64,000 bases of DNA, taken from positions 39,928,001 through 39,992,000 of the forward strand of contig OX597839.1 of assembly GCA_951406725.2 (NCBI GenBank), in the 5' to 3' direction. Of the stretch, positions 27,144 through 41,974 are shown one piece after another. Each line of letters begins with the position of its first letter. Positions within the stretch are counted from its first letter, which is position 1. The notes under the pieces are model-generated. The model was not told where the DNA came from and made no database searches. It was given only the letters and a program-made list of their open reading frames with translations. This DNA comes from Octopus vulgaris. Taxonomy: Eukaryota. The position numbers were made by a program, and so were the translations under genes.

Positions 27144-27778
27144 AGGTTAAGCGAAATGGATAGCCTATGCCTACAATGGACGTCAGAAGCAGTGATTACC
27201 GCCAAAATGAAAATCCCGTTCCAACACCCAAACCAGATCTACACCCGAAGAAGATTTTGCTCTGCGTTTGGTGGAATGTAATAAGTATTGTTCACTTCGA
27301 ATTATTGGAAGCGAGGAAATGCATCACCGCAAGTCTTCATTGCCAACAACTTGAATGTGTCTATCAACTTTTCTCGCAAGAGCAACTAGCTCTAGTCAAC
27401 AGAAAATTTTGATACTAATGTATATACATATGTATATGTATACACACACTAACACACAAGTTCACATAGGGAAACTCACTTGGTGGTACACGCACAACAA
27501 CCACGCATGCACACACGCACACACAGTCGACCTCGGCGGAATTTGAACTCAGATAGATAGGGATCATGTAAGACAATAATGCAGGGCTCCCTACTCACCT
27601 CTTTACTCACCAGACCTGGCACCGTAAGATATTCACTTAATGAAATCACTTAAACACTTTACCAGTGGAAGAACATTAAAACGCATGTAAGATGACAAAA
27701 TGGCAGTCCAAACATTTTTTCACTTGGAAAGAATCTGATTTTTATTTTATTTTATTTTTTTTTGCCTGAGGAATTAGG

Positions 27779-28540
27779 AAAACATGTTCCGAGGAAGGAA
27801 ACATGTTCCGAGGAGGGAAGCATGTTCCGAGGATGGAGACATGTTCCGAGGAAGGAAATATGTTCCGAGGAGGGAAACATATTCCGAGGAGGGAAACATG
27901 TTCTAAGGAGGGAAACATGTTCCGAGGAGGGAAACATGTTCCGAGGAGGGAAACATGTTCCGAGGAGGAAAACATGCTCCGAGGAGGGAGACATGTTCCG
28001 AGGAGGGAGACATGTTCCGAGGAGGGAGACATGTTCCGAGGAGGGAGACATGTTCCGAGGAGGGAAACATGCTCCGAGGAGGGAGACATGTTCCGAGGAA
28101 GGAAACATGTTCCGAGGAGGGAAACATATTCCGAGGAGGGAAACATGTTCCAAGGGGGAAACATGTTCCGAGGAGGGAAACATGTTCCGAGGAGGGAAAC
28201 ATGTTCCGAGGAGGGAGACATGTTCCGAGGAGGGAAACATGTTCCGAGGAGGGAGACATGTTCCGAGAAGGAAAACATGTTCCGAGGAGGGAAACATGTT
28301 CCGAGCAGGAAAACATATTCCGAGGAAGAAAATATATTCCGAGGAGGAAAACATGTTCCGAGGTGGGAAACATGTTCCGAGGAGGGAAACATGTTCCGAG
28401 GAGGGAAACATGTTCCGAGGAGGGAAACATGTTCCGAGGAGGAAAATATATTCCGAGGAGGAAAACATGTTTCGAGGTGGGAAACATGTTCCGAGGAGGG
28501 AAACATGTTCCGAGGAAGGAAATATGTTCCGAGGAGGGAA
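27779..28540. repeat. 19-bp minisatellite AAACATGTTCCGAGGAGGG, about 40 copies
   Basis: Directly visible; 19-aa periodicity in the ORF translations. Confidence 0.97.
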
Positions 28541-29059
28541 AATATTTTTGTTAATAACGTTAATTGAATTTTGAATAAAGAAATATATTTACGATATGTT
28601 GTATGCTGATTTGAACTTATCAGATATATGAGATTACCTTTAGCTATTCGAAATATGTTGTCAGCATATGAGATACTTTTATGCGGTAAGTCGACAAGTT
28701 TGTAAACACTATAAATAGCGATTAGCTTAAAATTCCTCTATGGACAAATCATGTGTTGCGTTCTCCGATGAAAGTCTAAGAGGACCAGAAACCAGTCAGA
28801 AACCTGAGTATTTATCGTTTCAGTGTAATAATAGGATGCCTCGAATAGAGATTGAACCGGAAACCTCGTAGTGGTGATGCAATCTTTTAATCCCTCGGCC
28901 ATGACTACATACACACAAACACACATACATATAATTATATACATATAATATTGAATGTACCTGTATATACATATACAAACGCATAGACACATTTATATAC
29001 GCATATATGCATACATACATACATACATACATACATTCATTCATACATTCATATTTTTT

Positions 29060-29362
29060 TTATTATTTATGCGCCATTTTCAAGCCTAGCCAGGCTCATG
29101 GGCCCGGTTTCCCGGTTTTTGTGGCGTATGTGTTCCCCCCAGCTGGACGGGATGCCAGTCTATCGCAGCGTTACCCAAGAAACAGGAAGAGAGAGTGAGA
29201 GAAAGTTGGGGCGAAAGGGGTCGCAACCACCCCCTGCCAGAGCCTCGTAGACCTTTAGGTGTTTTCTCTCAATAAACACACACAACGTCCGGTCTGGGAA
29301 TCGAAATCGCGATCCTCCGACCGCGAGTCCGCTGCCCTAACCATTGGGCGATTGCGCCTCCA
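29060..29362 (-). mobile_element. SINE with the family D head and a different tail
   Basis: Shares head and body with 10461-10834, then diverges into CTGCGATAGACTGGCATCCCGTCCAG. Confidence 0.8.
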
Positions 29363-29407
29363 CCTACATTCATACATATGTATATATATGCGCATGCACA
29401 CACACAC

Positions 29408-29438
<31 letters not shown>

Positions 29439-30461
29439 TGTATGTATGGGTGTGTGTATGTATGTATGTTTGTATGTATGTATGAACGTACGTATGTATG
29501 TATGAACGTACGTACGTATGTATGTATGTATGTATGTATGTATGTACGTACGTACGTATGTATGTATGTATGTGTATGTATGTATGTATGTATGTATGTG
29601 TGTGTATGTATGTATGTAAGTATGTATATTTGTATGTATGTACGTACGTACGTACGTACGTATGTATGTATGTATGTATGTATGTATGTATGTATGTATG
29701 TACGTACGTACGTACGTATGTACGTATGTATGTATGTATGTATGTATGTATGTATGTATGTATGTATGTATGTACGTACGTACGTATGTATGTATGTATG
29801 TATGTATGTACGTACGTATGTATGTATGTATGTATGTATGTGGATAATGCTTTCATAATAAAGTTGAAATACACCAATACAGCTGTCGGAATGATGAAGT
29901 TTACTTGACGGAAGAGAAACCATTAAAAAACATACATCGAACAAACACGCAGAAATCAACCAAAACTAAAACAAAATAAATAACAAAGACAAAACAAAAC
30001 AAAAAACAAAGCTGCTACAACATCTTACACATCATCAACACATTAGCATCGCTCACACTCTAACCAACCTCCACCACAACAGCAACAACAATATGAACGA
30101 AGATATTAGCAAAATCAAACAATCACGTCCGCTACCAATTACCTCCCTTGAAATAAGGAAAAAAAAAAAAAAAAAAATTTCTGTTAACATCGATAAATAC
30201 AGATGTGGAATACATTGTAATTAATTACACAGCCTTCTTGTTGACGTTCTTGGTATTATCCTTATTTATTTGGCTTTATGTTTTTGGTTGCTGAACAGGG
30301 TGTTTAATATTTGAACACACACACACATACGCAGACACGCAGGCTAGCACACACACACACACACACACACTCGTATATATGCGTGTGTGTGCCTCTATGT
30401 ATGCCTCTGTGTGTGTATGAATATATACATATAAACAGACACGTACATAGACGAGTAGCAG

Positions 30462-30493
<32 letters not shown>

Positions 30494-30497
30494 ACAT

Positions 30498-30584
<87 letters not shown>

Positions 30585-30619
30585 CATACATATATATATA
30601 TATATGTATATATATACAT

Positions 30620-30659
<40 letters not shown>

Positions 30660-30745
30660 CGATGTAGATAGACACGTTTATGCACGAGTTGCCCTCATCT
30701 ATATATGTTTGTTCATATATATATATATATATACACACACATATA

Positions 30746-30793
<48 letters not shown>

Positions 30794-30913
30794 ACCTCAT
30801 ATATATGTGTATGTATATACCTCCATACCTGTTCATATAGATACGTATATGCTAAGATATGTATATATATATATGTGCATAAATGTGTATATATATATGC
30901 ATATATACATCTA

Positions 30914-30960
<47 letters not shown>

Positions 30961-31140
30961 ATGTATGTATATGTATATATGTATTGATATATTTATATGT
31001 ATTTGTATGGATGTTGAAAGGTTATGTAATTTTAAATGTTATGATTCTCCCATTTACAGAAACTGACATATACATCTGAGTTCATTTCGGTTTGTTTCTT
31101 GGAAAGATATACGTTTCTCTCTCTCTCTCTCTCCCCTCCG

Positions 31141-31209
<69 letters not shown>

Positions 31210-31210
31210 G

Positions 31211-31285
<75 letters not shown>

Positions 31286-31338
31286 ATATATATATATATC
31301 TATCTATCTATCTATCTATGTGTCTGTCTGTCTATCTC

Positions 31339-31377
<39 letters not shown>

Positions 31378-31470
31378 GCCTAGGTGTCTGTCTGTTTGTC
31401 TGTCTGTCTACTCATCCGTCCGTTCGTCTGGCTTATCTATCAGCCGGACTATCTGACTGTCTGTTTGTTT

Positions 31471-31641
<171 letters not shown>

Positions 31642-32209
31642 ATCCATCTGTGTCACTTTCTCTCTTTCTATTCATACATACACACACATAAGCTCACAAA
31701 CATACACACTCATATGCATGCGTCAGTGAGCGCATGCGTGCAAGTGTATGCGTGTGTAATTGAAATATTATGTCAGAACTCGAAACGAAAAGCTACAGTG
31801 CTCATTACGACTTGCTGTATCGATTGTAAATTCCATTGAAATAATTTTTTTAATATCTGCGTTATAAGGAAGCGAAGCAATTTTCTGAAATTTTGATGGG
31901 TGTGAGATAACTCCATGCATACGTGTATGTATGTATGTATGTATGTATGTATGTATGTATGTATGTATGTATGTATGTATGTATGTATGTATGTATGTAT
32001 GTATGTATGTATGTATGTATGTATGTATGTATGTATGTATGTATGTATGTATATGTAGGTATGTGTTGATTCTATCTATGTTATATCTGTACATATATGT
32101 ATCAGTGTATGTATGTATGTATGTATGTATGTATGTATCTATCTATCTAAATAATTTCCCTTCGTTTTGTTTTCTTTTCTCAATTCTCTGTACGTATATA
32201 TATGTATAT

Positions 32210-32550
32210 GAAGGCGCATGGCTCAGTGGTTAGAGCGTCGAGCTTACGATCGTGAGGTTGTGAGCTCGAATCCCGGACCGGGCTGCGTGTTGTGTTCTCG
32301 AGCAAGGCACCTTATTTCACGTTGCTCCAGTTCACTCAGCTGTAGAAATGAGTTGCGACGTCACTGGTGCCAAGCTGTATCGACCTTTGTCTTTCCCTTG
32401 GATAACACTGGTGGCGTGGAGAGGGGAGGCTGGTATGCATGGGCGACTGCTGGCCTTCCATAAACAACCTTGCCCGGACTTGTATCTAGGAAGGTAACTT
32501 TCTAGGTGCAATCCCATGGTCATTCATGACCGAAGGGGGTCTTTACCCTT
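32210..32550 (+). mobile_element. tRNA-derived SINE, family C
   Basis: TGGCTCAGTGGTTAGAGC A box, GAGCTCGAATCCC B box; second copy at 37083-37420. Confidence 0.85.
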
Positions 32551-32694
32551 ATATATATATATATGTAATATTAGGGAATATTATTCCAAACTTAGAGGGA
32601 AAAATTCAATTTAGAAATACTAAATCAAATTTCACAATATATAATATATGTATATAAATTAGAGAAGAACCAACCTTTTATTAATTCATATATA

Positions 32695-33140
32695 TGTTTC
32701 TTTATTAGCCACACAGGGCTGCACACAGATAGAACAAATTACAAGGTAGAGCTTTTCTTTTGAAGGTTAAAAAAAAAAAAAAAAGGAAGGGGGAGTTTCG
32801 ATCAAAAGGGATCGTAAAAGGACAAAAAAAAGGGGGGTTAAAAAAAAGGGGGAGAGGAAAAAAAAAAAAATTTGATCAATAGGGATCGTTATCACAGAAA
32901 TGTCAATATGAAGTGTAAAGGGGAGGACAGGTGAGGTTTACCCGTGGAAAGAAAAGCCTACGGAAAAGACCACGGTAACCTCGGTCAATGGAGTCACATG
33001 TTATATTTCTTTTTTTTTTTTTTTGCAAATAAGCAACTCTCTGTTTTCAATTTCTGGGTTCATAGGATCATGCTCAAGGTGGCTTCGTCATTCATACGTG
33101 CCATTCTTGCTACATTCACCCATCTTTTTTTAAAACATAG
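32695..33140 (-). mobile_element. Tx1/L1-like LINE 3' end
   Basis: Minus ORF end FKKRWVNVARMARMNDEATLSMIL*, then a 3'UTR ending GCCCTGTGTGGCTAATAAAGAAAC; same family as 52908-54077. Clade assignment is tentative. Confidence 0.65.
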
Positions 33141-33228
33141 TAAAGATGTTATTTCATTCTTGAATTGTTAAAAGGTTACTTCTCTAATTTATATATATAT
33201 ATACATGCATATATATATACATATATAT

Positions 33229-33461
33229 ATTTCTTTACTACCCACAAGGGGCTAAACATAGAGGGGATAAACAAGGACAGACAAAGGGATTAAGTCGATT
33301 ACATCGACCCCAGTGCGTAACTGGTACTTAATTTAATCGACCCCGAAAGGATGAAAGACAAAGTCGACCTCAGCGGAATTTGAACTCGGAACGTAACGAC
33401 AGACGAAATACTGCTACAAATTTCGCCCGGCGTGCTAACGTTTCTACCACACTCGCCGCCT
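33229..33461 (-). mobile_element. SINE family B
   Basis: Full-length match to the other copies. Confidence 0.85.
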
Positions 33462-33467
33462 ATATAC

Positions 33468-33500
<33 letters not shown>

Positions 33501-33880
33501 CTAGCAGTATCGCCCGGCGTTGCTCAGGTTTGTAAGGGAAATAACTATAAAGCATTTTTAGAGAGTTATAGCCAAAAAATAGCAAAAAACTGGAAAAAAA
33601 ATTATGGTAAATTTATTTTTGAAAGTTAAAAAGGTGGAGTTGCGTCCCCTAGACAGTCTGTGGTTTGTGTTTCTGATTCTCGACCCCATGTCGAATTTAT
33701 CGATTTTTTCAGAACTGGGGGAACTTTTCAAAATTTTCGCTGCGTTAGTTTTGAATTATGACATTGGGCTATGTGTGTGTCAAGTTTCATCAGAATCGGT
33801 TGAAAGCCGTGGTCAGGGTGAGGGTACAAGCAAACAGACACACAGAAACACGCACAGACAAACTGCCGTTTATATATAGA
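33501..33880 (-). mobile_element. Non-autonomous Helitron
   Basis: Minus strand 5' TCTATATATAAA; subterminal hairpin CCTGAGCAACGCCGGG; 3' CTAG. Confidence 0.8.
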
Positions 33881-33883
33881 GAG

Positions 33884-33966
<83 letters not shown>

Positions 33967-33980
33967 ATATATATATATAT

Positions 33981-34039
<59 letters not shown>

Positions 34040-34054
34040 CATATATGCATGTAC

Positions 34055-34110
<56 letters not shown>

Positions 34111-34135
34111 CTATATCTATATATATATATGTATG

Positions 34136-34255
<120 letters not shown>

Positions 34256-34265
34256 CATATATGCA

Positions 34266-34330
<65 letters not shown>

Positions 34331-34472
34331 CTATATCTATATATATATATGTATGTATGTGTGCATATAAGATTTGACAGAGAGAATGATACAAACAGAA
34401 TGAAAATGATTAATAGAAATTGCAATAAATAAAGACAGATGTCCGAAGCAACAGTGAGTATGTGTCTGCGTT

Positions 34473-34558
<86 letters not shown>

Positions 34559-34726
34559 TGGTAGGAACACGGACAGATTGTGAGTGAATAAAACGCAGGG
34601 AGAAGAAGTGTGTGGAATGAAATGAATAAAATAGACTTTGGGAGAGAACGAAAAAAAAAGAAGAAAATGAAGTATTCCTATTTTCCAAATACAATATATG
34701 ATAAATATATATATATATATATATAT

Positions 34727-34956
<230 letters not shown>

Positions 34957-35319
34957 GAAAGCGAAAAGTCAAAAGGAAAATGGAATAGAAATGGCTCCAA
35001 GATGTTGAATAGTTCACTGATAGTTTTCGTCTTGCAAAATGGTTCCCGTTGTGCTAAGAATGGCAACATCTTTACTTTGATGTTTCTACAACAACAAACT
35101 AAACTTCATGTTGAATATATTTACTGTTGGTCGTCTGGAACATCCAAAGCTTATTCTTCAATCGTCACTTCTATAGAGAAACATTCATCACACGATGAGT
35201 TTAACCCGACCCAACTGTCTACAGTTCTACTCTATGCAATGCCAAACTGTACCATTCAAACTTTCTCTCGAAACCTCGTCATCGTGATCGCATGCGTCCA
35301 CATTTCCATATAGGCCCAT

Positions 35320-35521
35320 ATGTATATGCGTACCTCGTGTGTACCGTTGGCGATTTTTTCCCTCTGTCTTCCCTCCTCGGGATCTTTCCTTCTCCTATGT
35401 TTCCGACGAAGAGCTCCGCTCGAAACGTTAAGCCCTCCTTCTTTCCTGAGCGTCCAATAATACTATATTTGTTCCACGTCTTCGCGTTGTTGTATATTTT
35501 TGTGCTTTCTTGTTTGGATTA

Positions 35522-35525
<4 letters not shown>
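35320..35525 (+). mobile_element. ~200-bp element with an HHR-like motif (family H2)
   Basis: 35399-35433: gttt CCGACGAA gagc-tcc-gctc GAAACGTT aagc; downstream TTCCTGAGCG..AATA shared with family H1. Confidence 0.65.
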
Positions 35526-35580
<55 letters not shown>

Positions 35581-35598
35581 GTGTGTGTGTGTGTATAT

Positions 35599-35710
35599 AG
35601 GCGTGGCTGTGTGGCAAGTAGCTTGCTTACGAACCACATGCTTCTGGGTTCAGTCTCACTGAGTGGCACCTTGGGCAAGTGTCTTCTACTATAGCCTTGG
35701 GCCGACCAAA
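35599..35710 (+). mobile_element. SINE family A, 5' part
   Basis: Matches the head of 3272-3690. Confidence 0.8.
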
Positions 35711-35765
35711 TAATAAATCGCATTTTTCGTTGTTAATTCACTGTCTAATCAAAAGTTTATAGTTT

Positions 35766-35827
<62 letters not shown>

Positions 35828-35874
35828 GAAAAAGTCAAGAAAGAAAATGCTAAAATAATTTTATAAAAACATTT

Positions 35875-35910
35875 CAGTACCGGTTTCAGTCATTGAGACA
35901 TTTTCAACTG
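35875..35910 (-). ncRNA. Minimal type I hammerhead, U3-A8 core
   Basis: Minus strand: cag TTGAAAA tgtc-tcaat-gact GAAA ccgg TA ctg. Confidence 0.6.
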
Positions 35911-36502
35911 TAAGTATATATAAATGATACATTTATATATGTACATATACGTATCTATATCTATAACTATCTATCTCTTTGTATATATAGATACATATAT
36001 GTGAATGAGAGAGAGAGAGAAGAAAATACAGCAACTGAAAGCGATGGCAGATAGACAGAGAGATTTCATCACTGATTTTGATGTATTTTTATATATATAT
36101 ATATATATTCCTGTTCTTTAATTCAGGAGTTGTTACTTCAGTGCTGAATGAAAGCCTCGATCTGTATCTTTTAAACTATTCCCATATCCTCTTTGGCCAA
36201 TTCTTGACTGGATGGAGTGCTCTTAGGATCATTGACTTCTCTTTCTTATCAATGACTAGCTTGAAAACTGGAACCAGCACGAAACTATCTCTAACAGCAG
36301 ACATTGCTCAGCGTCTTTTCTGAATTTGGAGCAATTGTGCCAAACCGTCATTTTGTAATGTTATTTATTATTTCTTTTTCTTATCGATCTGACAATTTTA
36401 TCGACAAAGACAGACACCTGAAAATTCGCCGGAAGGTACACCCGCCAAGACACATGCTGACTACAGTAAACAATATATGTATGTGTTGTGCGTATATATG
36501 TT

Positions 36503-36547
<45 letters not shown>

Positions 36548-36570
36548 ACGTGTGTACATATATATATATA

Positions 36571-36937
36571 CTAGCAGTATCGCCCGGCGTTGCTCAGGTT
36601 TGTAAGGGAAATAACTATAAAGCATTTTTAGAGAGTTATAGCCAAAAAATAGAAAAAAAATATGGTGAATTTTTTTTGAGAGTTAAAAAAGGATGGAGTT
36701 GCGTCCCCTAGACAGTTTGTGGTTCGTGTTTCTGATTCTCGACCCCATGTCGAATTTATCGATTTTTTTCAGAACTGGGGGAACTTTTCAAAATTTTGGC
36801 TGCGTTAGTTTTGAATTATGACATTGGGCTAGGTGTGTGTCAAGTTTCAGCAGAATAGGTTGAAAGCCGTGGTCAGGGTGAGGGTACAAGCAAACAGACA
36901 CACAGAAACACGCACAGACAAACTGCCGTTTATATAT

Positions 36938-36940
<3 letters not shown>
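36571..36940 (-). mobile_element. Non-autonomous Helitron, second copy
   Basis: Near-identical to 33501-33880; inserted between A and T. Confidence 0.8.
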
Positions 36941-36986
<46 letters not shown>

Positions 36987-37082
36987 AACATATACACATG
37001 AATATGTATATCTCTCTATGTATATATGTCTGTGTGTATCTAATTATGTATGTATGTATCTAATTAACTTACATATATTTGT

Positions 37083-37420
37083 GTGTGTAGCTCAGTGGTT
37101 AGAGCGTCGAGATTACGATTATGAGGTTGTGAGTTCGATTCCTGGACTGGGATTCGTGTTGTGTTCTTGGGCAAGATACTTTATTTCACGTTGCTCCAGT
37201 TAACTGAGCTGTAGAAATCAGTTGCGACATCACTGGTGCCAAGCTGTATCGGACCACTTTGTCTTTCTCTTGGATAACATCTGTGACGTGGAGAGGCGAG
37301 GCCGGTATGCATGGGCGACTGCTGGCCTTCCATGAACAACTTTGCCCGGCCATGTGCCTCGGAAAGTAACTTTCTAGGTTCAACCCCATGGTCATTCGTG
37401 ACCGAAGGGGGTCTTCTCTT
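37083..37420 (+). mobile_element. SINE family C
   Basis: Matches 32210-32550. Confidence 0.85.
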
Positions 37421-37427
37421 ATATATA

Positions 37428-37626
37428 TACGCCATGTTGAATCGTTAGCTCCTGCACGCATTTTTTTTCTCTCCTTGTTTCTTTTCTGTGTATCTTTCTG
37501 TTGAAGAGCGTAGGCTCGAAACATAAAAGGCTTGTTTTATTTCTATTCCTGAGCGCCATACTAATACAATTGTTTGTTTGTACTCCACCTGCCTTTGTCT
37601 TTTGTTTATTTTCGTAAACCTTCCCG

Positions 37627-37628
<2 letters not shown>
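37428..37628 (+). mobile_element. Family H1 element with an HHR-like motif at 37493-37530
   Basis: CTGTTGAA gagc-gtag-gctc GAAACATA. Confidence 0.8.
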
Positions 37629-37675
<47 letters not shown>

Positions 37676-38422
37676 CATATCCCTGTGCTTTATTTCAGGA
37701 GTTGTTACTTCCGTGGTGAGTGAAAGCCTCGGCCTACAGACACTTCATTCCGTTCGTATTAACATTTCAGGGTAAACTTAATTCAAGGATGTTCAACAGA
37801 AAATACATATTCAATGCTATATAACGCGTTATTCTCTCTCCGTTTCTTTATAAAATAACAGCATATGGCCCCAGGAAAATTCGGCTACTATTTCTAACAT
37901 GCCAAACCATCACGTACATGCTTAGTTTTGTATTTATTCCTCTCTTTCCTTATTACGGTCATCGTTAATAACACAAATATGCCGAACTCTTGTATTGGAA
38001 CAGAATTTAATAAGCTTCGTTTGTGCAATCGCATATAAATTATTAGTTAAAGCTACTTCACTGTCGAGATAGGATGGTGTGTGTGAGTGTGTGTGTGTGT
38101 CGGCGTGAATGTGTGTATGTGTGTGTGCGTGCGTGTATATATGTGTGTGCGTGCGTGTGTGAATGTGTGAGGGTGTGTATGTGTGTCTGCGCGCGCGCGT
38201 GCGTGTGTGTGTGGAGTGAGTGTGTGCGTGCGTGCGTGTGCATCTTACTGTGTGAGCATGTGTGTGTGTGTGTGTACGTGTGTGGGCGTGCGTGTTGGTG
38301 TGGGTGTGTGTGTGCGTGCGTGTGTGAATGTGTACGTGTGTACGTGTGTGTGAATGTGTGCAGGGGTATGTGTGCGTGCGTGTGTGAATGTCTAGTGTGT
38401 ATGTGTGTGAGTGTGTGCGGGA

Positions 38423-38457
<35 letters not shown>

Positions 38458-38555
38458 TGTCAGCGAGTGTGTTTGTGTGTGTGTGTGTGTGTGCAGGGGT
38501 ATGTGTGCGTGCGTGTGTGAATGTCTAGTGTGTATGTGTGTGAGTGTGTGCGGGA

Positions 38556-38590
<35 letters not shown>

Positions 38591-38835
38591 TGTCAGCGAG
38601 TGTGTTTGTATGTGTGTCGGGCATATTTGCATGCGTGTGTGTGTGCACGTTTTTGTATATGGGTGTATATGTATGTGTATGTATGTGATTGCGTATTCTT
38701 GTGTACGTGGGTGTATGTATCGCACATGAGAGTATGGGTGTGAGTATGCATGTACGGGTTTCTGTCTATGTGTATGAGTTTTGTATTTGTGTCTATGTGC
38801 ATGTGTGTACGTATACATATATATATAATATATAT

Positions 38836-39230
38836 ACTCTTTTATTGTTTCAGTCATTTGACTGCGGCCATGCTGGGGCACCGCCTTTAGTCGAGCAAAT
38901 CAACCCCGGGACTTATTCTATGTAACCCCAGTACTTATTCTATCGGACTCTTTTGCCGAACCGCTAAGTGACGGGGACATAAACACACAAGCATCGGTTG
39001 TCAAGCAATGCAAGGGGGACAAACACACACACACAAACACGCACATACACACACACACACGTATATATATATATATATATACATATATACGACAGGCTTC
39101 TTTCAGTTTCCGTCTACCAAATCCACACTCACAAGGCATTGATCGGCCCGGGGCTATATCAGAAGACACTTTGCCCAAGATGCCACGCAGTGGCACTGAA
39201 CCCGGAACCATGTGGTTAGTTAGCAAGCTA
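38836..39230 (-). mobile_element. SINE family A
   Basis: Near full-length match. Confidence 0.88.
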
Positions 39231-39382
39231 CATATGTGTGTGTGTGTTTGTGTGCGGGTGTTTGTGTGTGTGTATAGGTATGTATACATATGTGTATATA
39301 TATGTATGTGTGTGTGTGTGTGTGTGCGTATGTGTGTATAGGTATGTATACATATGTGTATATATATGTATATGTGTATATA

Positions 39383-39427
<45 letters not shown>

Positions 39428-39733
39428 TCTTCTAAATAATTTGTTGATTTTAATAAAACGTTGATTTAGAGTGAAATACTTTTAATCGATGCAAATGGCG
39501 GAGTGTCTTTCGGGTCGAGTTCGAAACGAACTCTTTTTTTGTTCTCTTATGGATTTCTTGTTACTTCTTATAATGTCGAAGATAACGAGACGCCATATTT
39601 GTCTTTATACATTTATTCTATCTTTCATTCAATCTCGTTCTTCATTCAATTTCGTTCCATCGCTCGTTCATTACGTTAGTTATTCCTCGTCTTAATCCCT
39701 CTGGTAGAGTTGACCTGTACGTAAGTATTGTTA

Positions 39734-39809
<76 letters not shown>

Positions 39810-39811
<2 letters not shown>

Positions 39812-39960
39812 TATGTTTGATTTTTGCTTTATATTTGTACAAGTTGGCTCCAAGTCTCACCCAGAGACCTCAAGAGACAACAGGTTGGAGGTTCGTATTG
39901 TTGTTATGCCTAGTGTGCCATATATTTGGTTTTGTATTTTGTGTTGTACTAGTGACAACA
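39810..39960 (-). mobile_element. Retroelement 3' end adjoining (AAT)n, possibly R4/Dong-like
   Basis: Duplicated at 40579-40700; both copies abut (ATT)n at the same end. Clade is a guess from the (TAA)n association. Confidence 0.5.
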
Positions 39961-39996
39961 CTAAATACGAAAATTATGTTTGTTTTAAAACTTGAG

Positions 39997-40172
<176 letters not shown>

Positions 40173-40444
40173 ATGAGGTGAGCTGGCAGAACCGTTAGCA
40201 TGTCGGACAAAAATGTATAGCGGTATTTCATTCGCCGCTACGTTTTGAGTTCATATTCCGCCGAGGTTGACTTTGCCTTTCATTCTTTCAGGGTCAAAAA
40301 ATTTAGTACCAGCCGCGTACTGGCGTCGATATATTCGACTGGCTCCCTCTCCCAAAACTTCGGACCTTGTGCCTAGAGTAGAACGGATTATTATTATTAT
40401 TATTATTAACTCTTACTCTTATTATTATTATTATTATTATTATT

Positions 40445-40571
<127 letters not shown>

Positions 40572-40578
40572 TTATTAT

Positions 40579-40700
40579 TCTATGTTTGACTTTTGCTTTA
40601 TATTTGTACAAGTTGGCTCTAAGTCTCACCCAGAGACCTCAAGAGACAACAAGTTAGAAGTTCATATTGGTGTTATGCCTAGGGTGCCATATATTTTCTT
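40579..40700 (-). mobile_element. Second copy of the (AAT)n-associated 3' end
   Basis: Matches 39810-39930. Confidence 0.5.
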
Positions 40701-41974
40701 TTGTGGCGTGGTTGTCAGTGTACCAGTAATAAGCTTAGGGTTTTTTATCTTCACCGAAATGTAATTAATTAAGCGTTATAATAATTTAAATTAATTGGTA
40801 CAAAATCATTATATATTGATTTTTATATGTAACCACAGATACACACACGTATACATATATGTACATACACACACACATACAAACATACGTAGATACACAC
40901 ATGCACACAGATCCATACATATATACATATATACATAAACATATATATATATACATATACACATGTATATACACATGTATATACACATGTATATATGTAT
41001 ACATGTACACGTACATGCATGCATACATACATAAATATATACACACATATCTGCACACACATACATACACATACATACGTGCATGCATACATATATACAC
41101 ACATACATACACACACGTACATACATACACACACATTCATACATACATACACACATACATACACATACTTAAATACGAAGTACATAATTAAACCATGTGT
41201 ATATTCTATACACATATATACACACGCACACAGAGAATCACACATATACACTCGCATCATAGCTATACGTGTATACACGCATATACACACACTAACACAC
41301 ACGCACACGCACACACTTTTGCCATTTCACAGGCGTTTAGATAATTGCATTATGTCCACACGACAAAGTCAATAAATTCACTTACACACATGCGCACACG
41401 CTACACCACCACCACCACCCACCACCACCACCACCACCACCATCACCTCCACCACCTCCAGCACCACTACCTCCACCAACAATATTACTATCATTACTTC
41501 TGCTACTGCAACCACCACCACTTTCACCCCCACTACCCCCACCCCATCACTTCCACAAACCAAACCACAACCATCACCGCCGCCACCACCACCACCTCTA
41601 TCACAATTACCATCACCGACTCTATCCCTAGTTTAGTTTATCAACTCCGCTTGGATGAAATGCAAAGTCGGCATCAGAGAAACTCAGAACGTAAAGAGCC
41701 GGAAGAGATGTTACAAAGAGTTTTTGGCCGGCATGTTCCAAATTTTGCTACATAATAAGAAAATTTTGTGGAGAGAGGGTCAGTCAAATACATCGACTCC
41801 GGTACTCAGCAGATGGTTATTTCATTGACCCGGAAAGGATGAAGAGCAAAGTCGACCTCGGCAGGGCAAAGTCCACCTCGGTGGCATTTGGACTCTTAAG
41901 AATTGGAAAAAAAAGTTGCTAAGCACTTTTGTCCAGCGTGGTCCAAGTTGTGCTACAAGGTTAGAAATTTTGCG

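Larger units (their letters stand above)
26565..28560 (+). pseudogene. Mariner transposase relic interrupted by a SINE, a local duplication and a minisatellite
   Basis: THEL, PFLN*IVTG|..KWIAY, TPKPDLHPKKILLCVWW..VHFELL, DNNA, YSPDLAP*D (27604), GIRK..EGKYF. Confidence 0.9.

Noticed and set aside
27742-28574. Six overlapping 190-270 aa ORFs; CRISPR-like periodic look
   Set aside because: Stop-free 19-bp tandem repeat with no unique spacers and no cas genes; eukaryotic context.
32210-32285. tRNA gene
   Set aside because: tRNA-like SINE head that continues into a repeated body; no clean cloverleaf or terminator. The same applies to the other SINE heads.
35000-35310. Possible Tc1/mariner N-terminal relic on the minus strand
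   Set aside because: Only a weak SRRP match; too degenerate to call.
36255-36292. TTGAAAA-ctgg-aa-ccag..GAAA
   Set aside because: Extra bases before GAAA and no stem I.
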